NCBI GenBank assembly: GCA_040217555.1
Contig: JAVJPX010000017.1
Location: forward strand, 29,626-93,625
DNA length: 64,000 nucleotides
DNA from: Oceanicaulis sp.
GTDB taxonomy: Bacteria; Pseudomonadota; Alphaproteobacteria; Caulobacterales; Maricaulaceae
Direction: 5' to 3'
The position numbers and the translations under genes are program-made. The stretch's first letter is position 1; each line of letters starts with the position of its first letter. Positions 29,372-37,012 of the stretch are shown one piece after another. The notes under the pieces are model-generated. The model was not told the origin of the DNA. It searched no databases and was given only the letters and a program-made list of their open reading frames with translations.

Positions 29372-30577
29372 CTATAGCCGCTCGCCCGTCACCGCATCGA
29401 TGATGGTGCGCGCCGGGAGCGTGCGCGCCCTTATCTCCTCGGCGATCTGGGCGTTCCAGTTGGGCGAGCAGACCAGGAAGACCGCGCCGTCCACGCCGGC
29501 GACAGCGTCTGGATGGGCGACCGGTTCGGTGAGACCCGGGAACGCGCCGCCCACCTTGCTGGGTGATTTGTCGAGCACCTGCACCCTTGCAAAGTGTTGA
29601 GCGAGCAAGGGCGCCGCGCGCTCGGCGTATTCGTTCGCGCCCCACAAAAACACTGCAGCATCGTCCTCCCCGGCGCTGTCCAGCGCCAGGTTCGCCGCGC
29701 GGCGCGCCGCGTCTGCGCGGGCCTGGCGGGCGTCGCGGGCGGTGTCATAGGCCGCGCGGGCGCGGGCCAGCACGGCGGCGCCCTCGGCCCTGTCGGTTGC
29801 GGCGTGTTGGCGCGGCGTCTGCGCTGGCTCACCGCCGCTCTTTCGCGCCACCAGGCTCTGGCCGTAGGCGACGGTTCCTGAACCTGATTCGATTGGTTCA
29901 AGTCCGCTCAGGCGCGCAAGTCGGGTGAGGCTTTCCGGCGTGAAATGCAGCAGATGCTCCACATTGAGCGAGTCTTCCGGGTGCGTCTCGTAGTTGGGCG
30001 CTTCCAGGATCACCACGCCGCCCGGCTTCACAAGGCTCACCAGCTCGGCCAGCCAGGCGCGCGGGTCGGTGACATGCTCGACCACGTAATAAGCCGCCAC
30101 CGCGTCGGCTTCCCCCGGCGCCGGCGCGCCGCTTCCATCGGCCACATAGCCTTTCGCCACGCCGGCGGCCTCGTCGGCCTCCACCGGGTCGAAGCCGAAG
30201 GCGTCGAACCCGGCCTCGCACAAAAGCTTTGTGAAGGCGCCGTCATTGGCGCCGATCTCGATCACCCGCCCGCCCTCGGGCACGTGGCGCGCCACCATGG
30301 CGGTGCGCGCCTGCGCGTCGAAATGCAGCTCCCCGCCGCGATGGCCGATATGGGCGTCGCGGTAATAGGCCATCAAGAACGCCTCATCCGGGCGTTCGGC
30401 GGCGCAGACAAAGCCGCAGGACGGGCAGACCGCGTCCTTGAACGCCATATGGAAATCGCTTGTCCGGCCGCGCACCAGATGGCTGCGTTCGCCGAGGATC
30501 TCCAGCCGGGGCTCGCCGCACAGATCGCAGGCGACCGACCGCCAGTGGGCGGTCTTCAGAGTGCGTTCAGCCCTCAT
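29372..30577 (-). CDS. SAM-dependent methyltransferase with N-terminal Cys4 zinc-ribbon-like motif and extra C-terminal domain
   Basis: CDLCG...CPSCG pair, motif I VIEIGANDGAFTKLL, and a C-terminal Rossmann-like segment. The architecture resembles NDP-sugar C-methyltransferases (inference). Confidence 0.75.
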   Translation of the reverse strand: MRAERTLKTAHWRSVACDLCGEPRLEILGERSHLVRGRTSDFHMAFKDAVCPSCGFVCAAERPDEAFLMAYYRDAHIGHRGGELHFDAQARTAMVARHVPEGGRVIEIGANDGAFTKLLCEAGFDAFGFDPVEADEAAGVAKGYVADGSGAPAPGEADAVAAYYVVEHVTDPRAWLAELVSLVKPGGVVILEAPNYETHPEDSLNVEHLLHFTPESLTRLARLSGLEPIESGSGTVAYGQSLVARKSGGEPAQTPRQHAATDRAEGAAVLARARAAYDTARDARQARADAARRAANLALDSAGEDDAAVFLWGANEYAERAAPLLAQHFARVQVLDKSPSKVGGAFPGLTEPVAHPDAVAGVDGAVFLVCSPNWNAQIAEEIRARTLPARTIIDAVTGERL

Positions 30578-31368
30578 GACGCGGCCCCTGTTTCCAGCGC
30601 CGCCTTCTGACGTTCTATCACCCAGCGCGAGAGCGAGGGCGTGAAGGTGGAGGTCATGGCGGCTGCCGTCTCCAGATCATTGTATCTCAGCTGGACCGAG
30701 ACGCGGATGCGCGTCGATCGGTTCGCGCCGCTGCGATGGATGAGGCGCTGGTCGAACACCACCGCCTCATCCGGCCCGGGCGCCGTTGCAACAAAGGCGC
30801 TGTCCGGCGGCGGCGTGGCGCATTCAAACCATTCATGGCCGGCCTCATAGGGGCGGAAAGCGGCGACGCCGTTCTGGTGTGATCCCGGGATCACTTCCAC
30901 CGGCCCCATCTCCGGGTCCACCGGGCCGAGGCCGGTCCAGATCACCACGGCGCGCTCCGACAGCATGGAATACCACCAGTCTTGATGGGCGGGCGTCGAG
31001 AATTTCGTGTCGCGGGGCCGGTCAAGCCGGATCAGGGGATTGGTGCCTGCGCACGGGCGCGCCAGTCCGGCGGCGCGCGCCGCCTGCTTGAAGGCGCTCC
31101 CATTGATCAGGGCGATCACCTCTGGAACGGTGGGAAAGACCTCATAGCAGGCGCGCGTTGCGGCCCGGTCGGTCTCGGCGGCGTTCATGTGAGCGAGCAG
31201 ATCGCCTAGCGTCTCGCCGCGCGCTTCTCCCAGCACCCGCCGTGAGATGAAGGCGGCCATGTCGGTGAGGGCCGCAGTCGCCTCGGCTTTCGCCGCTGCG
31301 ATCTCCGGCCCGCCGATTACCGCATAGCCCTCGCTGGCGAACCGGTTTGCGTCCAGCCCGGCCGTCAT
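30574..31368 (-). CDS. Phytanoyl-CoA dioxygenase (PhyH) family Fe(II)/2-oxoglutarate oxygenase
   Basis: PAHQDWWY (His-x-Asp), GSHQNG and LIHRSGANRS are typical of the PhyH family. 4-bp overlaps on both sides. Confidence 0.8.
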   Translation of the reverse strand: MTAGLDANRFASEGYAVIGGPEIAAAKAEATAALTDMAAFISRRVLGEARGETLGDLLAHMNAAETDRAATRACYEVFPTVPEVIALINGSAFKQAARAAGLARPCAGTNPLIRLDRPRDTKFSTPAHQDWWYSMLSERAVVIWTGLGPVDPEMGPVEVIPGSHQNGVAAFRPYEAGHEWFECATPPPDSAFVATAPGPDEAVVFDQRLIHRSGANRSTRIRVSVQLRYNDLETAAAMTSTFTPSLSRWVIERQKAALETGAAS

Positions 31369-32429
31369 GCGGTCAGCCGGGCTTCCAGCAGCGATTGCAG
31401 GGCGCGGGCGTCCAGACGCTCCGGGTTGGTGTTGGAGGCGTAGGCGAAGCCGTCGAGCGCAGGTTTCGCGCCAGACGCAAGCCAGGCTTCGCGCACCTTG
31501 GTCTCGAAGGACGGCAGGATGACGTAGCGGTCATCCAGCTCCACGGTGGAGCGCGCGTCGTCCTCGGGCACCATCACCTCGTGGAGCTTTTCTCCGGGGC
31601 GGATTCCGACGATCTTGTGGGGCAGGTGAGGGGCGATTGTTCTGGCAAGATCGACTGTCGACATGGACGGGATTTTCGGCACGAAGATCTCGCCGCCCTT
31701 GGCCATTTCCAGCGCCGACAGGACGAAATTCACCCCCTGGCTCAACGTGATCCAGAAGCGGGTCATGCGTTCGTCGGTGATCGGCAGATGGTCGGCGCCG
31801 TCCTCGACGAGCTTTCTGAAGAAGGGCACCACGGAGCCCCGCGAGCCCACGACATTGCCGTAGCGCACCACCGAGAAGACCGGCCCGTCCGCCCCGCCCA
31901 TGGCCTGAGCGGCGGTGAAGATCTTGTCAGACGCCAGCTTCGAAGCGCCATAGAGATTGAGCGGGCTCGCCGCCTTGTCGGTTGACAGGGCGCAGACATG
32001 GCGAACCCCGCGCTTGATCGCGGCGGTGACCACGTTCTGCGCGCCCATGACATTGGTCTTGATGCATTCAAACGGATTATATTCTGCGATCGGCACGTGC
32101 TTCAGCGCGGCGGCGTGGACCACCACGTCAACCCCGCGCATGGCCATATCGAGACGGTCCTCGTCGCGAACGTCGCCGATGAAATAGCGCAGGCACGCGT
32201 GCTCGGCCGGGCTGAAACGCTGAGCCATCTCGTACTGCTTCAGCTCGTCGCGCGAGAAGATAATGAGCTTGCGCGGCTTGTACTCCTTGAGCACCGTCTC
32301 CACGAAGAGCGTGCCGAAACTGCCCGTTCCGCCGGTGATCAACACCGTCTTTCCGTCCAGATTGATGCGCGGATCGGAGAAGTCGCGGTTGAGAAACATC
32401 CGGTCGAGATCGTGCGCCGTGCTGGTCAT
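31365..32429 (-). CDS. pseB: UDP-N-acetylglucosamine 4,6-dehydratase (inverting)
   Basis: KTVLITGGTGSFGTLFV, IIFSRDELKQYEM, YFIGDVRDEDRL and VVHAAALKHVPIAEYNPFECIKTNVMGAQNV are canonical PseB/FlmA/CapD-type sequence. Confidence 0.92.
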   Translation of the reverse strand: MTSTAHDLDRMFLNRDFSDPRINLDGKTVLITGGTGSFGTLFVETVLKEYKPRKLIIFSRDELKQYEMAQRFSPAEHACLRYFIGDVRDEDRLDMAMRGVDVVVHAAALKHVPIAEYNPFECIKTNVMGAQNVVTAAIKRGVRHVCALSTDKAASPLNLYGASKLASDKIFTAAQAMGGADGPVFSVVRYGNVVGSRGSVVPFFRKLVEDGADHLPITDERMTRFWITLSQGVNFVLSALEMAKGGEIFVPKIPSMSTVDLARTIAPHLPHKIVGIRPGEKLHEVMVPEDDARSTVELDDRYVILPSFETKVREAWLASGAKPALDGFAYASNTNPERLDARALQSLLEARLTA

Positions 32430-32475
32430 GGAGAGCCCCGCTGCCGGGCCGCCCGTATGGCGGCCGATTCGTTCA

Positions 32476-32506
32476 CCGTTAACCTTTCTACGCGTCGGGT
32501 TAACGG
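32476..32506. promoter_or_regulatory. Perfect 9-bp inverted repeat CCGTTAACC-N13-GGTTAACGG in the pseB / flmC-like divergent intergenic region
   Basis: Read directly. Each arm contains a GTTAAC palindrome. Related CCGTTAA motifs lie at 21599-21607 (upstream of pseC) and 33383-33391 (upstream of the 915-aa gene). Confidence 0.35.
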
Positions 32507-32567
32507 GCCGTTAGGCGCGCGGCGCCATAGTGATCCGCCAAGTGCGATGAGGCAGGAGAGACCGCCC

Positions 32568-33332
32568 ATGGCCACCGCCGTCGTGATCACCGCTTCTTCA
32601 GGCGCCGCCGGTTCGGCCGGCGTCGCGCTGGGCCTTCTGTCCAACCGTTACGCCATCGAAATCGCCATCGAGCGCGCCCGTGCGACGCCGGGCGCCGAGC
32701 TTGTCGCCTGCGTCATTCCCCACGGCGAGGCGGAAGAATCGCTGGCCGAAACCGCGCAGGACGCCGGCGCCTTCGTCACCCGCGCCCGGCCCGAAGCTCC
32801 GCTCTGGGGCGTGGCGAAAGCCGCGCGCGAGGCGGGCGCGACCCGCGTGCTTCACGTGCCAGGCGTTCAGCCGTTTTTTGATCCTGTCATCGCCGGCGGC
32901 GTGCTGGCGCTTCTGCGCGACGCGCAGGCCGACATCGCCACCAACGCCGCGCCGGCCCTGTTTCCCGATGGGCTGGATTGCGAAGCGGTGAACGCCGCCA
33001 TGCTCGCGGAGATCACCGTGGATACGCCCGGCGCCCGGCTTATGGACGCGTTCGAGGGCGCCAGGCTCGCCAATCTGCGCGGACCGGGCGGCGGCATGGA
33101 GCGCCTGCGCTGGCGGCTCGATCACGAGGCTGATTTCGCCTTCGCCCGCGCCGTTCACGCCGCGCTGGGCGCAGCCGCCTGCATGGCGGGCGCCGCCGAG
33201 ATCGCGGGGCTGTGCCTTCGCCGTCCCGACATCACCGCGCTGAACACCGATCTGGTCGACGCCGTGCGCCTCGGCGCCAGCGATCGCGGCGCGGCCCAGA
33301 CCCGGCCGGTGAGCTTTCTGCGCGCTGCGTAA
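32568..33332 (+). CDS. SpsF/FlmC-like cytidylyltransferase-fold protein with a degenerate N-terminal nucleotide-binding motif
   Basis: Start at MATAVVITASSG. C-terminal half VLHVPGVQPFFDPVIAGGVLALL...ADIATNAAPALFPDGLDCEAVN parallels the SpsF RxTGDCPLxDP...FPxGLDxE region. The N-terminal R-x-GS-x-RLPGK motif is not recognisable. Confidence 0.55.
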   Translation: MATAVVITASSGAAGSAGVALGLLSNRYAIEIAIERARATPGAELVACVIPHGEAEESLAETAQDAGAFVTRARPEAPLWGVAKAAREAGATRVLHVPGVQPFFDPVIAGGVLALLRDAQADIATNAAPALFPDGLDCEAVNAAMLAEITVDTPGARLMDAFEGARLANLRGPGGGMERLRWRLDHEADFAFARAVHAALGAAACMAGAAEIAGLCLRRPDITALNTDLVDAVRLGASDRGAAQTRPVSFLRAA

Positions 33333-33391
33333 TTGCTCCTTCAACCTAAATCCTAACGGTTTCTTAGCGGGTCCTGGCGCATCTTAACGGG

Positions 33392-33406
33392 TGGCGCAAT
33401 GTGTGC
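33392..33406 (+). promoter_or_regulatory. Possible sigma-54 (-24/-12) promoter TGGCGC-N5-GTGC
   Basis: GG (33393-94) and GC (33405-06) are separated by exactly 10 nt. Located about 26 bp upstream of ATG 33432, with GGAGGA at 33415-33420. It matches only the invariant dinucleotides plus part of the consensus. Confidence 0.3.
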
Positions 33407-33431
33407 GCCGGTCTGGAGGATTGAGAACGCC

Positions 33432-36179
33432 ATGGTGTTCTCGGCGAGTTTGCTCGGCGCGTATTACAACGCGCAAGCCGCCCAGAGCCTGGCTCTGAGC
33501 AGTCCTCGCACGCCTGCGCCCCAGACCCAGAACGGCCAGACCACATCGCGCGACTCAGGCGTCTTGGCGCCCTGGGATCCGCGCGGAGAGATCGTGGCTC
33601 TGGAGACGCTGCGACGCTCGGTGCTCGCCGACGGCAATTTTTTTGATCAGAGCTTTGGCAGCTTCGCCGACCAGCAGGTGAGCGAGGACGAAAAGAAGCT
33701 CTTCGCCCTTCATCAGGGCCTGCGCCGCTTGCAATCGCTCGCCTCGGCGGCTGGTGAAAAGACCGCCAGCGAAACCGATCGTGCGTTCTGGCAGCGGCGT
33801 TTCGGCGAAGGCCTCGATCAGATGAGCGCCTATTTCGATGGGCTTGGACTTGAGGGCGTCTCGGTCCTGAAGGGCGAAGACCTCTCCAAAGCCGAGAGCA
33901 CGCTGGCGATCTCGCGCGGGCGCTCGGAATATTTTGGCGGGACGATGCACACCGGAGCGTTCGACGCGCCGGTGGATGTGCTCGCCTCGCCCATGGATTT
34001 CACCATTACCGTGCGCAAGAACGGCATTGATACGCCGGTGAACATCTCTCTTGGCGCCGACGCCAACAGAACGCTTGATGATTTCGTCACGGCGGTGAAC
34101 ACCGAGCTTGAAACGGCTGGCATGCTGACGCGTCTTTCGCGGGTGCGGCTTGGCGAGCCGGGCGAGAACGGCATCGTTCCGGGCAACAACTGGGGCTTCA
34201 AGATCGAGGGCATTCTCACAGAGAAAATCAGCTTTACCGAGGCCGGCGGCGCGCCGGCGGTCTACACCGCCGGGATCAGCGGAACCGGCGACACGGCGGC
34301 GGGTCAGCTGTCCAGATTCATCAATCTGGCCGGCGGCGGCGAGCTCGATTTCGCCAAGCGGATCGAGGCCGATCCCACGGTGACTGAATCCACCGGTGAA
34401 GACGGCGAAACCTCCACCAGCCAGACCACCAATCCCATGGAGATTCTGGCCACCACGCGCGGTCCGGGCGGCGAGATCTATGTGGTCGGCCAGGCGACCA
34501 ACAGCGTTGACGGTCAAGAGATCAAGGGCGAGGGCGATCTCGTCCTGATGCGCTACGACACCACCGGCAAGCGGGTCTGGACCCGCACGCTGGGCGCGGC
34601 CGGCGAAGCCAGCGGTGCGTCGATCGCGGTGGATCCCAGCGGCGATGTTGTGGTCGCAGGCTCGGTCAGGGGCGCCCTGGGCGAGACGACCCAGCTCGGC
34701 GGCCTGGATTCGCTGGTGGTGAAATTCTCCGGCGACGGTGTGGAGCAATGGGCGCGCCGTTTTGGCGGGAGCGCCGACGACAAGGCGAACACGGTCAGCT
34801 TGGGCGCCGACGGCACGGTCTATATCGGCGGCGAAACCAGATCACCCTTTGGCGGGGCCTCAGGCGGGGGGGGGTCGGACGCCTATGTTCGCGCGCTCGG
34901 CGCGGACGGCGCCACGCTCTATACGCGCGGTGTCGAGACCGGCGCCGGAACCGAGCGCATCAAGGCAAGCGCACTGGCCTTTGACGGAGGCCTGATCGTC
35001 GCCGCCGAAGTGGACGGGCGCGCGGTTCTGACCAAATACGCGGCCGGCGATGATGGCACCGGCGCGGCGGCCTGGAGCCTTGATCTGGGCGATCTGGACG
35101 GCGGGCGCATCGGCGGACTCGCGGTGGGCGATGACGGCGCGATCTATCTGTCCGGCGCGGCCGGCGCCAATTTCCAGACCGGCAGTCAGGTCAACACCAA
35201 TCAGGGCGGGCGCGACGCCATGCTGGTGCGCATCAGCGAGGGCGCCGGCTCGGCCAGCGTCGATTACACCAGTTTCCTTGGCTCGGCCGAGGACGATTCG
35301 GCGAGCTCCGTCACCGTTTCCGGCGCGGGCGTCTATATCGCCGGCAAGACCTCCGGCGCGGTTCCCGGCGCCACGCAAGTGGGCGCGCGCAACGCCTTCG
35401 CCGCCGGGTTCGACGCCGCCACCGGCGCGGTGCAGTGGACCCAGCAGGTGTCAGGCCGGGGCGGGCTTTCGGAAGCGTCGGGCGTCATGGTGGACCCCAC
35501 CGGCGACGGCGTGCTGGACCGGCTGGGCCTGCCGTCCGGTTCGGTCGCCTACGCTGACAGCCGCGTAATCACAGCGCGATCCAGCGTGCGCGAGGGCGAT
35601 CATTTCTATGTCTCGGTGGATGGCGGGCGCAAACGCAAGATCACCGTCGATTCCGACGAGACCATGCGCTCGCTGACCTTCAAGCTGAACGCCGCGCTGG
35701 TGCTGGACGCGACGGCCGACGTGCGCCGGTCGGCAAAGGGCGACATGCTGCGAATCACCCCCAAGGAAGGCGTCACCGTGACGCTGTCAGCCGGCAAGGA
35801 GGGGCAGGACGCGCTCTCCGGTCTCGGCCTGCCTGAAGGGGGATTGCGCGGCAAGGCTTCGCTTCTGCGGCGCAATGAAGACACCACTTCGGACGCCCCC
35901 AAAGTCTTCGCGCTGGAGATTCCCAAAGCCCTCTCCATCGCCGACCGGGACGGGGCGCTTGCGGCCATGGAGGCCTTGTCCAACGCGGTCTCCAAGATCC
36001 AGCGCGCCCACCGCGAACTGACCACAGATCCAGCGCTCAAAGCCCTGCTGGAAGGCCCCCAGGCCGGCAGGCGCGGCGGGACCGTACCCGCCTATCTGCA
36101 GGCCCAGCTGGCCAATTACTCAGCCGGCCTGCAACGCCTCAACGGCGGCGGCGGCGGCTCGACGCTGGGACTGTTCTAG
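33432..36179 (+). CDS. Large SBBP beta-propeller-repeat protein, possibly FlaEY-like flagellar-locus protein
   Basis: 915 aa from MVFSASLL. The central ~350 aa carry repeats of the SBBP type (GDLVLMRYDTTGKRVWTRTLG, DSLVVKFSGDGVEQWARRFGG, DAYVRALGADGATLYTRG, DAMLVRIS). The helical N- and C-terminal regions have no recognised family. Sits next to the flm/pse genes. Confidence 0.8.
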   Translation: MVFSASLLGAYYNAQAAQSLALSSPRTPAPQTQNGQTTSRDSGVLAPWDPRGEIVALETLRRSVLADGNFFDQSFGSFADQQVSEDEKKLFALHQGLRRLQSLASAAGEKTASETDRAFWQRRFGEGLDQMSAYFDGLGLEGVSVLKGEDLSKAESTLAISRGRSEYFGGTMHTGAFDAPVDVLASPMDFTITVRKNGIDTPVNISLGADANRTLDDFVTAVNTELETAGMLTRLSRVRLGEPGENGIVPGNNWGFKIEGILTEKISFTEAGGAPAVYTAGISGTGDTAAGQLSRFINLAGGGELDFAKRIEADPTVTESTGEDGETSTSQTTNPMEILATTRGPGGEIYVVGQATNSVDGQEIKGEGDLVLMRYDTTGKRVWTRTLGAAGEASGASIAVDPSGDVVVAGSVRGALGETTQLGGLDSLVVKFSGDGVEQWARRFGGSADDKANTVSLGADGTVYIGGETRSPFGGASGGGGSDAYVRALGADGATLYTRGVETGAGTERIKASALAFDGGLIVAAEVDGRAVLTKYAAGDDGTGAAAWSLDLGDLDGGRIGGLAVGDDGAIYLSGAAGANFQTGSQVNTNQGGRDAMLVRISEGAGSASVDYTSFLGSAEDDSASSVTVSGAGVYIAGKTSGAVPGATQVGARNAFAAGFDAATGAVQWTQQVSGRGGLSEASGVMVDPTGDGVLDRLGLPSGSVAYADSRVITARSSVREGDHFYVSVDGGRKRKITVDSDETMRSLTFKLNAALVLDATADVRRSAKGDMLRITPKEGVTVTLSAGKEGQDALSGLGLPEGGLRGKASLLRRNEDTTSDAPKVFALEIPKALSIADRDGALAAMEALSNAVSKIQRAHRELTTDPALKALLEGPQAGRRGGTVPAYLQAQLANYSAGLQRLNGGGGGSTLGLF
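36155..36179 (+). repeat. Direct repeat copy A (cggctcgacgctgggactgttctag), the 3' end of the 915-aa gene
   Basis: 24/25 identical to 37757-37781. Weaker similarity extends about 15 bp further upstream. Confidence 0.9.
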
Positions 36180-36247
36180 GCCTATCGGGCCGGCGGCGAT
36201 CTCCGGGACTGGCTTCGTGTGAGGCCTTTGCAGACGGTAAGACCGAG

Positions 36248-37012
36248 TCAGTTCGGCGCAGGCGAAGGCGCCCAGCCTCCCTCAAGGTCTTCCGGGCGAT
36301 AAAGCGGCTGCTGGGCTGCAACCCTTTGGAAGAGGTTTTCCGTCGCGGCCTCGCCGTAAAGGCCGTTGGCGGACAGGCGTTGGAACACCTCCAGGGCCGC
36401 GCCTTGGCGTTGCTGCCAGAGGTCCGCGTGCAGATAGATAAGAAAGACCGGCACGCGTAAGCCCGCGAAAGCGGGATCGAATTCAGCGCGCGCCAAAAGG
36501 TTGTTGCGTTCGGCGAAGGCGAGGTTCTGTGCGCGCATGTAGGTGACGGCGAGCGGGGGTGACAGCGGGCATGCCCGGCGCTCTTCGTTCATGGCCGGAA
36601 ATGCGGCTTCTGTCAGACGTACCTCCAACTCCGCGCGTAAAACAAGCTCCCTCGCCACGCCGTCAAGGGAAACCAATGGGTCTTCCACCCCATAGCTCAG
36701 CATAAGCCCGTCCGACTGCACGCGGTTCGCAGCGTTCTCGAACGCGGCACGGAAGAAAGCCCTGCACGCGCGGCCGCCCGCTGGGTCCTCGACCAAACGG
36801 GCGGCCGCGTTTCGAACTTCAGCGCGTATGATGGCGATGTCGGTTTGGCTCAATGCGGCGAAATCGCATTCTGCTTCAATCTCCTGAGCTTGGCATTCGC
36901 CAGCGGCGCAATCGGTCAAACGGCTTTGGCACTCGGCAATCGGCGCCAAACCGTTGGCGGCCTGCGAAGCGAAAACGGAAAGGATCGACGCGGCGATGAG
37001 ACCAGAAATCAT
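36248..37012 (-). CDS. Hypothetical secreted Cys-rich protein
   Basis: Signal peptide MISGLIAASILSVFASQAANG, then four Cys in the next 30 aa (ECQSRLTDCAAGECQAQEIEAEC). The ATG overlaps (TGATG) the stop of the extended ATP-grasp frame. Lower G+C than the flanks. Confidence 0.6.
   Translation of the reverse strand: MISGLIAASILSVFASQAANGLAPIAECQSRLTDCAAGECQAQEIEAECDFAALSQTDIAIIRAEVRNAAARLVEDPAGGRACRAFFRAAFENAANRVQSDGLMLSYGVEDPLVSLDGVARELVLRAELEVRLTEAAFPAMNEERRACPLSPPLAVTYMRAQNLAFAERNNLLARAEFDPAFAGLRVPVFLIYLHADLWQQRQGAALEVFQRLSANGLYGEAATENLFQRVAAQQPLYRPEDLEGGWAPSPAPN

Noticed and set aside
32479-32503. Full CtrA box (TTAA-N7-TTAAC)
   Set aside because: The two TTAA cores are 17 nt apart, not 7. 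Only a half-site-like TTAACC is present.
31998-32567. N-terminal 190 codons of ORF 31998..33332
   Set aside because: This part is antisense to pseB and non-coding in character. The real gene most plausibly starts at ATG 32568 (MATAVVITA...).
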